DNA from: Cyanophora paradoxa CCMP329
Taxonomy: Eukaryota > Plantae > Glaucophyta
Direction: 5' to 3'
DNA length: 64,000 bases
Assembly (NCBI GenBank): GCA_004431415.1
Contig: QPMI01000071.1
Location: 248,001-312,000 of the forward strand
Numbering within the stretch: position 1 is the stretch's first letter; each line of letters starts with the position of its first letter. Shown here piece after piece: positions 1 to 12,300 of this stretch. The notes below the pieces were generated by a model. It made no database searches. It was not told the DNA's origin and worked only from the letters and a program-made list of their open reading frames with translations. The position numbers and the translations under genes are program-made.

Positions 1-3000
1 CCGCTGGGTCGACAGGACAAGGGGCGACGAGAGCGACGAGTTAACGTGCGCCGTCGACACGAGGGCGCTGTAAGGGAAAGCTCTCCCTGGAGGCAGCCCG
101 TCGTCCACGAAGGTCACTCCGGCACAGGAGTCAGATGCTGACGACGGGCACGGAGCGAGGATCCGTGATCCGTTCGTCGAGATCGTTCGGAGCGCCGTGC
201 CGTTCCGGAAGACCATGACACGCGCGATGAACGACGAAAGACTGATATTTCCGTCAGTAGGGAACACGATATTGAAGGACAGCCGCGTGGCGGTGTGCGG
301 AGGCTCCACCACCACCTGCCACTGTGTAGGAGCGTCGGGTGCCGGGTGCGTGACGGCGAGTGCGACGGACGTATTTGACGGCGACCAAACCGTCGTGAAG
401 ATCGCAGTGTAACTCGCGCTGGATCCCGGAATCCGGCCCGAGTCGAGGAACCACGTCATGTTTTGAGCGAGAAACACAGTCATTGCACCGCCAGCGCCGG
501 AGCGAGTCAGATTGGTTCCTGTCACAACTGAAGCGCTCCCGTCGATCGGGTACCTCACAGATATGTTCACTTGCGATGGAGTAATCCAGTCAATGGACAG
601 AACGGGCGCCTGCGGAATAGATGCTGTGGCAAGGAAGATGGCTGAGAGGGACCCGCGGGAGAGGGCGCTGTCCGTGCTTTCCAACACCGTTCCTGCAATG
701 CCGACTCCAAAGAACCGCGCCGTGTACGCGTATTGCCGCCCTGGCACCACGCTCCCGTCAACGTATTCGGCCAGCGCCCCGCCAGTGTAGTTGAACAGCG
801 AAATTCCGTCGCGGTACATGTAGGTCTGTGTGAATTGAGCCGTTGAAGATCCACTGGCTGGCGCGATGCTGATTGTGATGTCTGTTGCACGAGACTTCAC
901 CAGCGCCAGCGTCGGTGCGCGTGGGGCCGTGAGCGCCTGCTGAGGATCGCTGAGCGCTGATCGCTGCCATTGGCCCTGGGTTGTATAGTCTGCAGTGTAA
1001 AAGTAAAGCGTCTCCGATATGCGACCCACATCGATGACAGTTGTCGTAGACGCTGCCACGGTCGCGAACGGCGTGGCAGATCCGTTGCGATAGATGCTCA
1101 CGTTGCCAACGACGACGCCCGCTGTCACGGGCACTTGCACTCGAAGGGAGACGGTGTCGTTGCTCACGTCGGCCAGGCTGAGAGTCGGCTTAGGCGCGAG
1201 CTGCGTTGCGTTCATTGCTGCCACCGAGAACTCTGACGGACCCGCCGGCGACAGCAGCCGAGCTTGGCACTGGTAAGCCGTCCCCGGAAGCAGCGAAGCA
1301 AGGTCAATGACGAGCTCGCCACGGGGCCGGCGGACTGTTCCCACGGAGCCGTTGCAAACGATCTCTGTCCCGTTCGTTAGAGCCGCGCTTGCTGCGTCGC
1401 TTATCGTCACAGTCGCCTGCAGAGCCGTCGCGTTGAGTGGCGCCAGCGAGAGAGCCGACTTTGCAGGAGGCAGCGTCACAGTGTAGGCCGCCGACCAGGC
1501 CGAGGACCCCACGGACGAGTTCAAGCGTCCATGGCAAGCGTAGGCGGTGGCTGAAAGCAAGCCGGTCGCAATCGCTTGCGGGGAGGCGCGGGCCACTGTA
1601 TACGCCGTGCCATTGCAGACGATGGTAGACGTGATCCACAGCCCCGCGGTCGCGCTGTCCGTTGCTGAGACGGATATTTGGAGGCTCGTGGAGTTCAGTA
1701 CAACGAGTGCGAGAACAGGTGGCGACGGGAGCGTCGTCACGTTGAGGCTGCCGGGCTCGCTGGTGGTACCGCCTCTCCCGTCGAGGACACAGCTGTAGGT
1801 GTATGTTGTCGCATACACGACTTGTGCATCTACGAGATACCCTCCAGCTATGGCCGAGTATGCGCCTGCATCCCGCTTGCAGCGAGTGGCAACGACCAGC
1901 GAGGCGAACTGAGCCAGAGGCGACGCCTGTATCGTGACAGAGGGCTGCGTAGACGTGTTGATAAGCACGAGCGTCGGCGTAAGAAGCGCTGTCCACAGGT
2001 CCAGGCTGTCCGACGGATCGGAGACAGCTCGCACTCGGGTCTCATTTGTCGTCAGTACGGCGTGGAAGCTGTACAAGGTTCCGGGCTGGAGGCCAGTGCT
2101 CGTCCAGTTCAGCACGTTCTTCTGGAGCGTGGCTACGAGCGTCCCGTTGCGGTACACTTCCGTCCCATTGTAGAGCGCCGCGCTACCGTCGCTGGGCAGG
2201 CTGATCTTGACGCTGACAGAGGTGGCAGTCGAGGCGGCAACGCCCTGCGTGATCAGCGGCTTTGAGGGAGCCGCGGTCGCCACGAGACTCGAGGAAAGTC
2301 TTCCTTGTGTCATGGAGTTGCTTGTAGCAAAAAGCACCGTCCCTGGAATGCCTACGCCCAAGAAACGCACTGTGTACGTGTACTGCCGCCCCGGCACCAC
2401 GCTGGTATCCATGAACTCGGTCAGCGCGCCGCCAGTGAAGTTAAACGTCACAACTCCATCTCTGTACACAAGCGTTTGTGCGATCGGAGCCGTAGGCGAG
2501 GTACTGGCCCGTGTGATGCTGATTTGAATCCCTGTTGAACGATCAAACATCAGCGCCAGCGTCGGTTCGCGATGGGCTGCAATCGCGTGCTGAGCGTCGC
2601 TAAGCGCTGATTGCTGGCCTTGAGTCGCGTAATCTGCCGTGTAGATGTACAGCGTTTCAGGATCGCATACGTCAGTGATGAGAAGAGATCCGCTCGCAGG
2701 TATTGAAAATGTTGTACGGATAGATCCGTTCCGATACAAGTTTACGGTTCCAACGACGACGCCCGCCGTATTCGGCACTCGCACATACAGGTATACGCTA
2801 TATGTTTGGCCGTTGTGCCGCGAGTCGTCTAGCGTGACCGTCGGCTTCGGTGCGAGCTGCGTTGCGTTCGTCGCCCCCGCTGAGAGCTCTGATTGTCCCG
2901 CTGTTGACAGCAGCCTCGCTTGGCACTGGTAGACCGTCCCCGGAAGCAGGCCGGTTGCAATCGCCTGCGGGGAGGCGCGGGTTGCAGTGTACGTTGTGCC

Positions 3001-3395
3001 GTTGCAGAGAATGGTAGCCGTGGTCCACAGTCCAGCGGTCGCGCTGTCCGCGGCCAAGACAGATATTTGAAAGCTCGTGGAGTTGAGAGCGATGAGAGAA
3101 AGAACAGGCGCCGACGGGAGTGTCGTGACGTTGAGGCTGCCTGGCTCGCTGGTAGTGCCGCCTTCACCGTCAAGGACGCAGCTGTACGTGTACGTTGTCG
3201 CGTACGCCACGCTTGCGTCGAGTACTTGGAGGCCGGCGAGCGCCGAGTACGTTCCATTCCAGGGCCCAGGACTACGACTGCAGTGGACCGCCGTGACGTA
3301 GACAGCACTTTCGTCGGTCGGCAGGATCACGTTGAAGCCAACCGAGGGGGCGCTTGTGGTGAAGTCCAGGATGAGCTTTGGGGCTCGAGGAGCCG
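1..3395 (-). CDS. Large exon of gene A, FN3-like Ser/Thr-rich repeats (~1130 aa, runs off window)
   Basis: Acceptor ttacttccag at ~3396. The same frame reads AAPRAPKLILDF...GLLPGTVYQCQARL...VSTAHVNSSLSSPLVLSTQR at both ends and at spot-checked points. It is absent from the ORF track, consistent with no stop inside the window. It has L.PG..Y.Y/C FN3 signatures. Confidence 0.8.
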
Positions 3396-6300
3396 CTGGA
3401 AGTAAAGTTAGTCAAAGAGGCAATTCCAATATCGGAGGCAAGTGTTGAAAGTATAATTAATGCACATGCAGGGATCGTGAATGCGGGTGTCTGAACACCG
3501 TCCCCGCCTACCGGATCCAAACGCAGCCTGTACAAACCGGTGTTGGTGCTGGAAGGGATTGTAACGGTGAACTCTCCTCCCGCCCGCGCCAGCGTCACCG
3601 AGGCTAAGAGTACGTGCTGCAGCAACTAAAAGATCATTACAAGATGCGAATGAATAAAAGAGGCACGAGGCACCTCGTACGGCAAATTGCTTGTGTTTGT
3701 GGCAACAAGAACCACAGAGGCGGGACCGAACGTCCGGCTTGCCGAAGACCACGCAACGCTCATCTGTCAAGGAAAAGTTAAGCGAGCTAAGCAGCTCTCA
3801 TTTTACAAGATGCTGAAATGCACGTGCATTTGAGCCTTTTTGCACAGTTTGGCCAGCGAACGGGGTCGACCAGGTCACGTTGGCACCAGGCACAGTGACT
3901 GATATACAAAATTAGAAAATCTAGAGAGCATCGTTAGACTTCTCGATCCAAGCTGCACCTGTCACTTCCGTAAGAGCATCGGAGAAGCCGTCACCTTCAG
4001 TGCCTCCGGCAGCAAAGCTAAAGAAAGCACATTGATTGGAGCCAGCGAGAAGCAAGGCATCTTAGGACAACGCACAGCTTGCAGAGAGGCGTGCCAGACA
4101 CGGTGGTGTCGTAGGAACCCAGCGCCGGGAAATTTAAATCGTAAGAATCAGTGTTATACGGGTTCCTGTACAAGAACTCCACTGCTCCGTCTGCAGCGTG
4201 TATTAGTAAGAAGCAAAAACATGATCACTGCTAGTAAGAAGCAAGAATATGATCACCAACAGGGTTGACCAGTATCAAACCTGCTGTGCCAGATGGCTCT
4301 AATCTCTCTGCAAGATGATGTTGTAAGTAGCTATAGGAGATGAAGATCTAGAAGAAGAAAAAGATGCACACCGGCAGCCATCAAAAGGAGCCCACGGCAT
4401 GGTTCCGCCAGCTTGATCCAGTTGCTAAATTCGAGATGATGATCAAGATCGGTCAAGTAGGTCCAACGCTTCCCCGGCCCAGCCGCCAGATCCACAGAGC
4501 TGCGTCATGGCTGAATTGTAATCGCGCTCATGTGTTTCAGGAAAGCTCACTACACATCAGCCTTGTAGACTTCGTTCGGACAAGAAGGCTGCCCGCAGTA
4601 CCAGGACAGCCGAAGAAAAAGGACAAAGTTGGCGAGAAAGCCGGCGTGGGTGTGCACACACTGATGTTGGCGCTCACTCTGGCGCAAAGGGGTGTGAATA
4701 AATCTTGCACGACAGTGCCTTTCACAATAGCCAGGGAACTAACCTTGCTCTTGCAAGGTTGTGGAGGAGGAAAAGGGCGCTCGCGTCGACCCCCGCAGTG
4801 CTTGCACGGCCGAGCAGCGTCGAACTTCGCTTTCGGCAGAACGAAATTGAAGAAGCGTTCTTATTTGCCGCACAGTACGAGTCTGTATGGGAAAATCATA
4901 TTATTTTGCAGGTTCCGAAAGCAACGCTGAAGATCAGAGCATTGTGTGCAGGCAAACGTTGCACGCACATAGAGGCAAAGGGTCAGAGCCCCCTGACTTG
5001 CAGTACTCCGATTTGCTGCGATCGAGCAGCGTATCATGATCATCATGCAAATCGAGAAAGGTACGATTACGCAGGGTTACCGCGGAAAATCAACATGCGT
5101 GAGCCCGTTTTCATTGACCCAGGTGGCCCACGTTTGAGACCCTTTATTCTGCGGGAAATACGCGATGTAGTACGTGCCTGCACGTGTGCGCTATGACCGG
5201 GACTGGATGAAAATAATCATAGAGCACGAGGACGCCTTCGTACCAGACAAGAGAACTTTGGTATTAGTGGAAATGCGGAGACCATTATCGACCGAATACG
5301 CGGAATTACCCCAAGAGTAGCTGTACATCCAATCTTTTTTCTGTGAGGCATCTATAATGAGCATTACCAAAATGCACTGGCTTAAGCACTTGTGTCCGAG
5401 CTGTACTGCGGGCGCACAGCAACAATGTTGGATGTCGGGTCTGCGGGGCATCCCTGGGAAGCGCGCTCGTGAGAGTGAAACTCAAAGGAGCCGAAGGAGG
5501 AAGGGGCCCGCACATCCGTTACGACCATTGCCTCCGACATCCAGACACACCAGTGGCCTGCCTCGCGCGATCGACTCGTTATGATCCTCGAAGAGATTTG
5601 GGCAACTGGTCCGCACCAGAGTGAGCGCTACCGCCGTACAGGTCCCCGCTGCTGCCCCGTTCGAAAGGAGAGACACACTCGGCCCGGCGGGGTAAGAAGC
5701 GATTTCCGTTGTTGTCCAGACGTACTTCCCCGCTGTTCAGAGAAAAGGGCAGCTCAAAGCGCATGACGTGATCAGAGATTTGGGGCAATTGAATTTGCAG
5801 GTAGTCGGTCCAGATGCCAGCCTTCTGGACCAGCCATTGCAGATTCTGCGCGCCGCGGTGACGGTCATTGCAATTACCGAAGGTCGCAGGCCCGCCGCGG
5901 CACCTGAACGCTGCGGGCTCGAGCGACGACGAGGTCCTGCGAGCACGTTCCCAGCGGGACAAACTCGCAGGTGCCGTCATCGGTCCAGTGGTCGGGCGCG
6001 TAATCGTGATATGGGCACGCGACGGTGTCAAAGACGTCGAGGCGGAAGGCGCCCGTCGCATTTCCGAAGCCGCCCCGTCGGTACGACGTGAGGCCGGGCC
6101 CCGCAACGTTCCCATATTCAACGTTGCCCTGGACGAGGATGTAGTACGTGCCGGGCCGGATCGACGCCCCTGCAGCGATCGGAGTGCGTTGGGGCCCAAA
6201 CTTGGGGGGGCGGGAGAGACCGCAAAAATTCGATCATGGGGAGTGTGGATGTACCGTGTCGCTCTACAATGGGATTGGGTAATGGCCACACGTCCTCTGT

Positions 6301-9300
6301 GCGGAACCACCCGTACAGGCGCCGCTCGTACGACGGCATCGTTGGGTTCCCGACGTAGATCGCGAGCGACGGGTAGGTCAATTCTAAGTTGCGCAGCGTG
6401 ATCTCGAACCCGTTGCTGCGCGCGCTCGTCACGTGCCGAGCGGGCGTCGAAGGCAAACCGCGCGCACTAGTCCTGTTCGAGACGGAGGCGGGCGAGGAAG
6501 ACGCCAGAGGCCTTGGCGGGCTCGGAGGCGACGTCAAAGTACGCGTCGCCCCACTGCAGCAGCTGCCGGTGCAGCGCGCTGGGCAGCCCGGCGGTCGTGC
6601 TTGGAGTGAACGAGCACATGCCGATCTCGACCCCCGAGAAGAGGGAGGCGTCGTACGCGGCGGGCCCAACCGCGCTGGTCGCACCTGCACGTTAACAATG
6701 GTCAGGAAAGTCCAGCGTTACCATGTACGACACAAGCTCGAGCACCAGGCAAAAGAACTTTGGAGACGCTGAGGAGACGGTTCGGGCTGCCATTCAGGAT
6801 CGAGGCCCGCATCGCGGCGACCGAGCCGCTCACCATCGTGTCCTCGATAACCTGCCGGCATCGGGCCGTCAAATGGACCGTATCGACCTGCTCGGCTCGC
6901 GGGCGCACGGATAGCGGCGATTCAGGGAGGGCCTGGAGGTAGAGGGCAGCGACGCCGGCAGTGACGCCGGCGGCGTAGGATGTGCCGTGGAAGATGCCGG
7001 TGGTGGCGTTGAAACCAGGTCGGCCGTTCGCGCCCGTCACCGCCTTCGGTCTCATCGCCGATCGCACATTCTGCCCGGGCGCGAACAGCGTGACGCAGCT
7101 GCGCAAGCCCGAGTCAAGACTGGCGCCCGAGCTTTTGGCGGGGTCCTGTGATCGACCCGGACCTGCCATAATTCGAGAAGCCGGCGCGGTAGTCGTCCTG
7201 GTCGCTGGCGCCGACGTTGATCGCCCCTGGCGTGTTGCCTGCGGTGCAAGAGTGAGGCCAATGCTGGCCCCGCCCGCGCCGAGGGACGGCTCGCATGCAC
7301 GCCTGGCATGTTGCTGCACGCGTCGGCGTAGTCGTTGCCTGCCGCCTGCGCAGCGCCGTCGGCTTCGGCGGCGGCGTGAAGCAGTGCGCAGGGCCCGCAC
7401 CGTGATCACGACCGATTCGGCCTCGCGCAAGCGTGCGACGACGTCTTTGTACAGTGCAACGACCTCCGCTTTCGGCAGAGAGGAGTCTGCATTGCTCCAG
7501 GTCGACGAGATGGCGAGAAGCGTCACGGACGGCCGGCCGCGATTCTGGACGGAGGCGAGGACGTGCTCCAGCCCTGGGCACGAGCGGGCATGGCGGTCAG
7601 AGCGTGACAGGAGCACCGGAAATAAGGCGCTAGAGGGAATGGGGGCAGTGAGCTCACCAGCCAGCACATCCTCATGTCTTGCTCTTGCGGAGCAGTTGCC
7701 GGCGGCCCCGCCGGAGCGCGCAACCTTCACGGAGAGGACGGTGGCCCCCGGGGCGACGCCGAGCGTGCGACCGGCGGCAGCGGCGGCGGTGGCCGTCCCG
7801 TGCGACTCGGGCGAGCAGTCGCTCCCCAGGAGCTCGCTGCCAGGCGCGAACAGCGCCGAGTCTATGTCGTGGAGGGGGACCTGCGGCGCCATCGCTTCCG
7901 CTGCCAAGCGGAGAGAGCACGGGGTGGCATGGGGCGCACGACGCGGCCCTGGAGCTCGGGGTGCGTGGCGAGCACGCCCGTGTCGACGACGTAGATGTCG
8001 ACGCCCGAACCGTCCACTGTCCCCCGGTCGAAGCGGCCGTCCAGCGGGCCCGACGCCTGGTCGAGCCTGCGCGCGCCGCCGGGGCTTAAGAGCAGCTGTG
8101 GCCTCTGTAGCCACGTGCGGGTGTGGGCGGCGTGCGCACCGGTCGAGGTGCCACGGCACGACGTTGCCCCAAGGTTGCGGGCCGTAGCCAAACACCGTAA
8201 AGTCCACCGCCTCCAAGCCGTTGACTGCTGGCGCTTCAGGCGGCGTGGTCACCGTGATGCTCGCGTTTGTGCTCTTCATGTTCTCCTGCCCAACGTAATA
8301 CGCAATGTACGTGTGCATCGTCCCTGGCAAGGCCGTGCTGTCCGTGCAGTCAGCGTTGCCAGCAGCGCCGCCCAGCCATGACGAGGTCACGGTGCAGCTG
8401 TACCCCCCGCTGACGCGCTCGAGCACGAGCTTGCTGATGTCGCTGTCTGCCGTCGACGGCACAATGCGAATAACGTTCGTCGACACGCCCATGGTTGAAG
8501 TGGTGGATGAGCTCAAGCTCAAGACGGGCGGATTTGGGGAAGTCCACGCCGAGTCTGAAAGGCTGATTTTCGAGTCCAGTCCCGCCCTTGAGTTGGGATT
8601 GCCCGCCGTCGTGTAGTCCGCCTTGTATAAGTATTGCGCGCCAGCCTCCAGGCCACTGTGAGTGTACTCGTAGGTCGTTTCCGTGGTCGGAGACGACTTG
8701 CTGATGTTGACAAGCGACGTGTACGAGCTCACAACTCCCGCAGTCACGGTCGCGTTGTAGATGCGGATCGCGACAGCGGCCGCCTGCTCGGGCACGGGCC
8801 TCGTCACCGTCACCTTCACGGACGTGGCGTCGATGCCCGAGGCCGTCACTGTCGGCGCCTCCGCAACAGCCGTCGTCACCGACACGGAGCCGTTGCCCGA
8901 CTGTGTGTAGGCCGTGAACAAGGCCGCCTGGTAGCTAAACGTCAGGCCTGGTGGGAGCCCCGCATCGGTGAAGACGTAGTTGATGCTGCTCAGATCCGCA
9001 ATCTTGCTCTCTTTAAATTCCCCATCGCGGTACAGGTCGATGCGGTTCACCTTGGGCGCGAGATCTTCTTGAGGGTCCGTGGAAGGGACCGCCGCAGGCG
9101 GGCTCGGGAAGGCGACTCGGATCTGAACGGAGGTGGCGGTGGGGGCATCCGTGTCCGGGTGAACGGAGAGCACGGGTGCTGCCGGTCTAAGCTGCATGAC
9201 TTGCAGAACGCTTGACATGAGCGATGCCGTGGCGCTCGTCGTGTAGTACGCAGTGAAGTTCGACGTGGTTCCGGGCTCCAGCGAGGTCCATGCCCGGCAC

Positions 9301-12300
9301 TGCACCGACACGGCAGGATATCGTGGCATCGAGTACGTCTCAGGCGCAGTTTCCAGCGAGGGCAGCCAGAGTCTTGTGAACTCCGTCGTCAAGATCTCGA
9401 CCTCGCTGCCGTCCGTCGGATAGGTGACGCAGACCCGTGCTGTTGTCGCCGTTATCTGCTGAACGGACAGCACTGGAATCGATGCAGTTACAAGGTCCGA
9501 CGTGACGGTGAGAGGGCCCGACTCGGGCCCGTTCTCCCACCTCTCGGACCCGCCGTAGAAGACCTTGCCCTCGTACTGCGCGACGTACACGTAGGCCGTT
9601 CCCGGTTGGATGGCTGCTGCAGTGTCCGCGCAGCTCCCGACTGCCGCGTTCTTATTGGTACCGCAGTCGACGTTGTCCGCGGTGCTGTTACGCGAGACAA
9701 AGGTGCGGGTGATGAGAGTCGTGTTGAGGGGGGGGCCGTTGTCGAAGCTTATCGTCACCGAGAACGCTCTCACGTTCTCCTCGGTCACCGAGATCCGCGG
9801 TGCCGGCGGGCCCGTCCGCGCCAGCTTGGAGTCGCTCTCCTTCGAGGGCACTGGAGTGAGGTACACGGCCTTGTAGTAGTAGTACGTCTGAGGGTTCCGG
9901 CCCACGTCGACGAATGTGCGAGTCTGGGGCGTCGCCCCGCTGTTGATCATCGGGAGCGTCGTCACCTCGGCCCAATCCGAGACGTTGTTCGGCGAGCGGA
10001 AGATGCGAACACCGCTCACGACCACCTCCGCAGCCAGCTCGGGCACCTCCATCATGATCCAGACGGCCGTCACGTTCACGCCGGTCGTGGTCAGCGTAGG
10101 CTTGGGCAAATCGTCCGTGGTTGCAGACTTGGAAGTGGAGTTAGCTGAGCTACCTGCTGGCGAAGTGGCCTCTGCGAAGCACGTGTACACAGTGCTCGGA
10201 CGCAGGTTGTCGAGGGTAGCCGTTTGCAATGGCTTCTGAAGGATGCGCGCTGCGTTCGTGTCGTTGCAGTACAGAATGAAGCCTGTTGCGAGATTTGCGC
10301 TCGCTGTGTCGTCCAGAATCTGAATGTCAACTCTTATCTCGTTTGAGCTCGTGACGAGAAGCACGACCGACGGCGCTCTTGGCGGCAGCGTCACGCTGAC
10401 CGAGCCCGACGCGCTCATGGTGCCGCCCATGCCGTCGAACACACACGTGAATGTGTACTGGCCCGCGTAGGCGACTTGTGGCGATCCCTCCACGATCTGC
10501 CGGCCCTGGATGGCGACGTACCCACCAGCGAGGTCTTCCCGCTTGCAGCGCGTCGCGGTCACGACTTTAGCCATGTAGTCCATTGGTAGGGGCACACTGA
10601 TCGTCACCGACGGGCTCGCAGACTTGTTGGCAACCACGGGCACCGGTGCGTTCACTGCCGTCCATGCGATATGCTTGTTGGATGGCTCCGATTCCACGCC
10701 GACCGGACCGGACATCACTGGCATCGTGAGCGTCGCGTAGAACTCGTACGCCATGCCCGGGCTCAGCCCGCCGTTGGTCCAGACGCGCGTCGCCAGTAGG
10801 GTCCCGTCCCACTGGATCGCTGCCGTGGCATTGCGGAAGAGGTTCGTGCTGTTTGCCAGGCTCGCATCCGAGGTGGTTTTGATGGTGATTTTAACGGTCG
10901 TACTTGTCGAGTCCGCGCCCGAGCCCGACAAGGTAGGTGCGTTTGCGGAGCTCACGACCCACAGGTAGTTCGAGTCCGCCGACTTGTTCCCATCACTGGA
11001 AACGTACATTGCGCGGTACGTGTAGTTCGTGCCAGCCAGAACGTCGCTGTCCTCGAAAAATCCTTCGAGCACGCCCGCCGACAGGATTGGCTTCGAGGCC
11101 TGCTCGCCACTCGCGGCCGCCGTCCAGGCCGGCGTACGGTACAGCTCCACGTGCGTTGCGCCGTCCAGGCTGCAGGAGGTGGCGAACGCACACGCCGGCT
11201 CGCTGATATTGAGCACGATTTTGGAGCGTGTAGCAGAGACCATTGCGAGGACGGGCGGTTCTGGCACGACAGCCGCAATGACTACCGCAACGGCGTCGGA
11301 GAGGGGGGAGAAGACGTTGGCCAGGCCTAGGGCTCGCCCCGTGCAGGAGAGCTCGTACGGGCCCGCCGCCCGCGCAACATTGATGACGAAAGCCACGCCG
11401 GCCGCGTTGGCATCATCCACAAACGCGCTCGCTGCGTACGGGCCGCCGAACCCGGTGCAGCTGACTTCGATTTTGTTGATGAAGCTGCCCGTGGGCCAGA
11501 ACACGGTGATCGACACGCTGGTCGAATTTAAAGCGGTGGCATTGAGAACCGGTTTGGGGACGGGCATGGGCGAAACGGTCGCTGGGCAATTGAAATAGAC
11601 ATCACCGCTCAACTGCAGCAGCGATCAGCGAATGCAGTCATGATTCATCATCACGACCAAGGCGGCCAACGCTCACCAGCGCGTGTCGCCCGTTGCCAGA
11701 CCCATCAAGGGCCGTTCGTGTCGCGCTTGAAAGGGTCGTCAGACAGTCGTTGAAAGGCAGGTGCAGGTGGACCGAGGAGCGTGTCGGCCCGACGTTGAAG
11801 TAGTGCTCCATGACCTGCCCGTCCGTCCGCGTGCCGCTCCAGAGGTGCAGTTCGGTCAGCACTATTCCGTGGAAAAACGGCCTTCCCTAGAAATCTCGCC
11901 AGCGTTAGCTAGACAGCGCTCGCGGCGTTCGCGATCAGCTGCAGGGTGGGCGATCGGAATGGACGCACCCACTCGTTCCCCTTTCCAATGAAGTTGGAGG
12001 TGCGAGCAACGCTCTTGATAGACTTGATGGTGGTCGTCGTGACGAGGAGGCCGTCCCAGTGCGCCTTCAGGGTGCTGATGCCCGCCGCGTTGGGAGGGCC
12101 GAACTGCAGCAAGATATACTGCCAGGACCCTCCGATCTGCGTGTTGACGCTCGCCAGTTAGGAACCTATTTCAAATTGCAAGCTTAAGAAATGAAAATGT
12201 ATGTGCAAGTGCAAACGTGCGAGTGCCGTCGCAACAGGGTCTCACCGTTATTCCATTAGTGCTACCAGTAAACACGTCCGCTTGGCCGACGCGGGTGGTC

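Noticed and set aside
6702-11612. 1636-aa ORF as a complete protein
   Set aside because: It begins at a splice acceptor and reads through several introns and off-frame segments in the S8 region; it is part of gene A.
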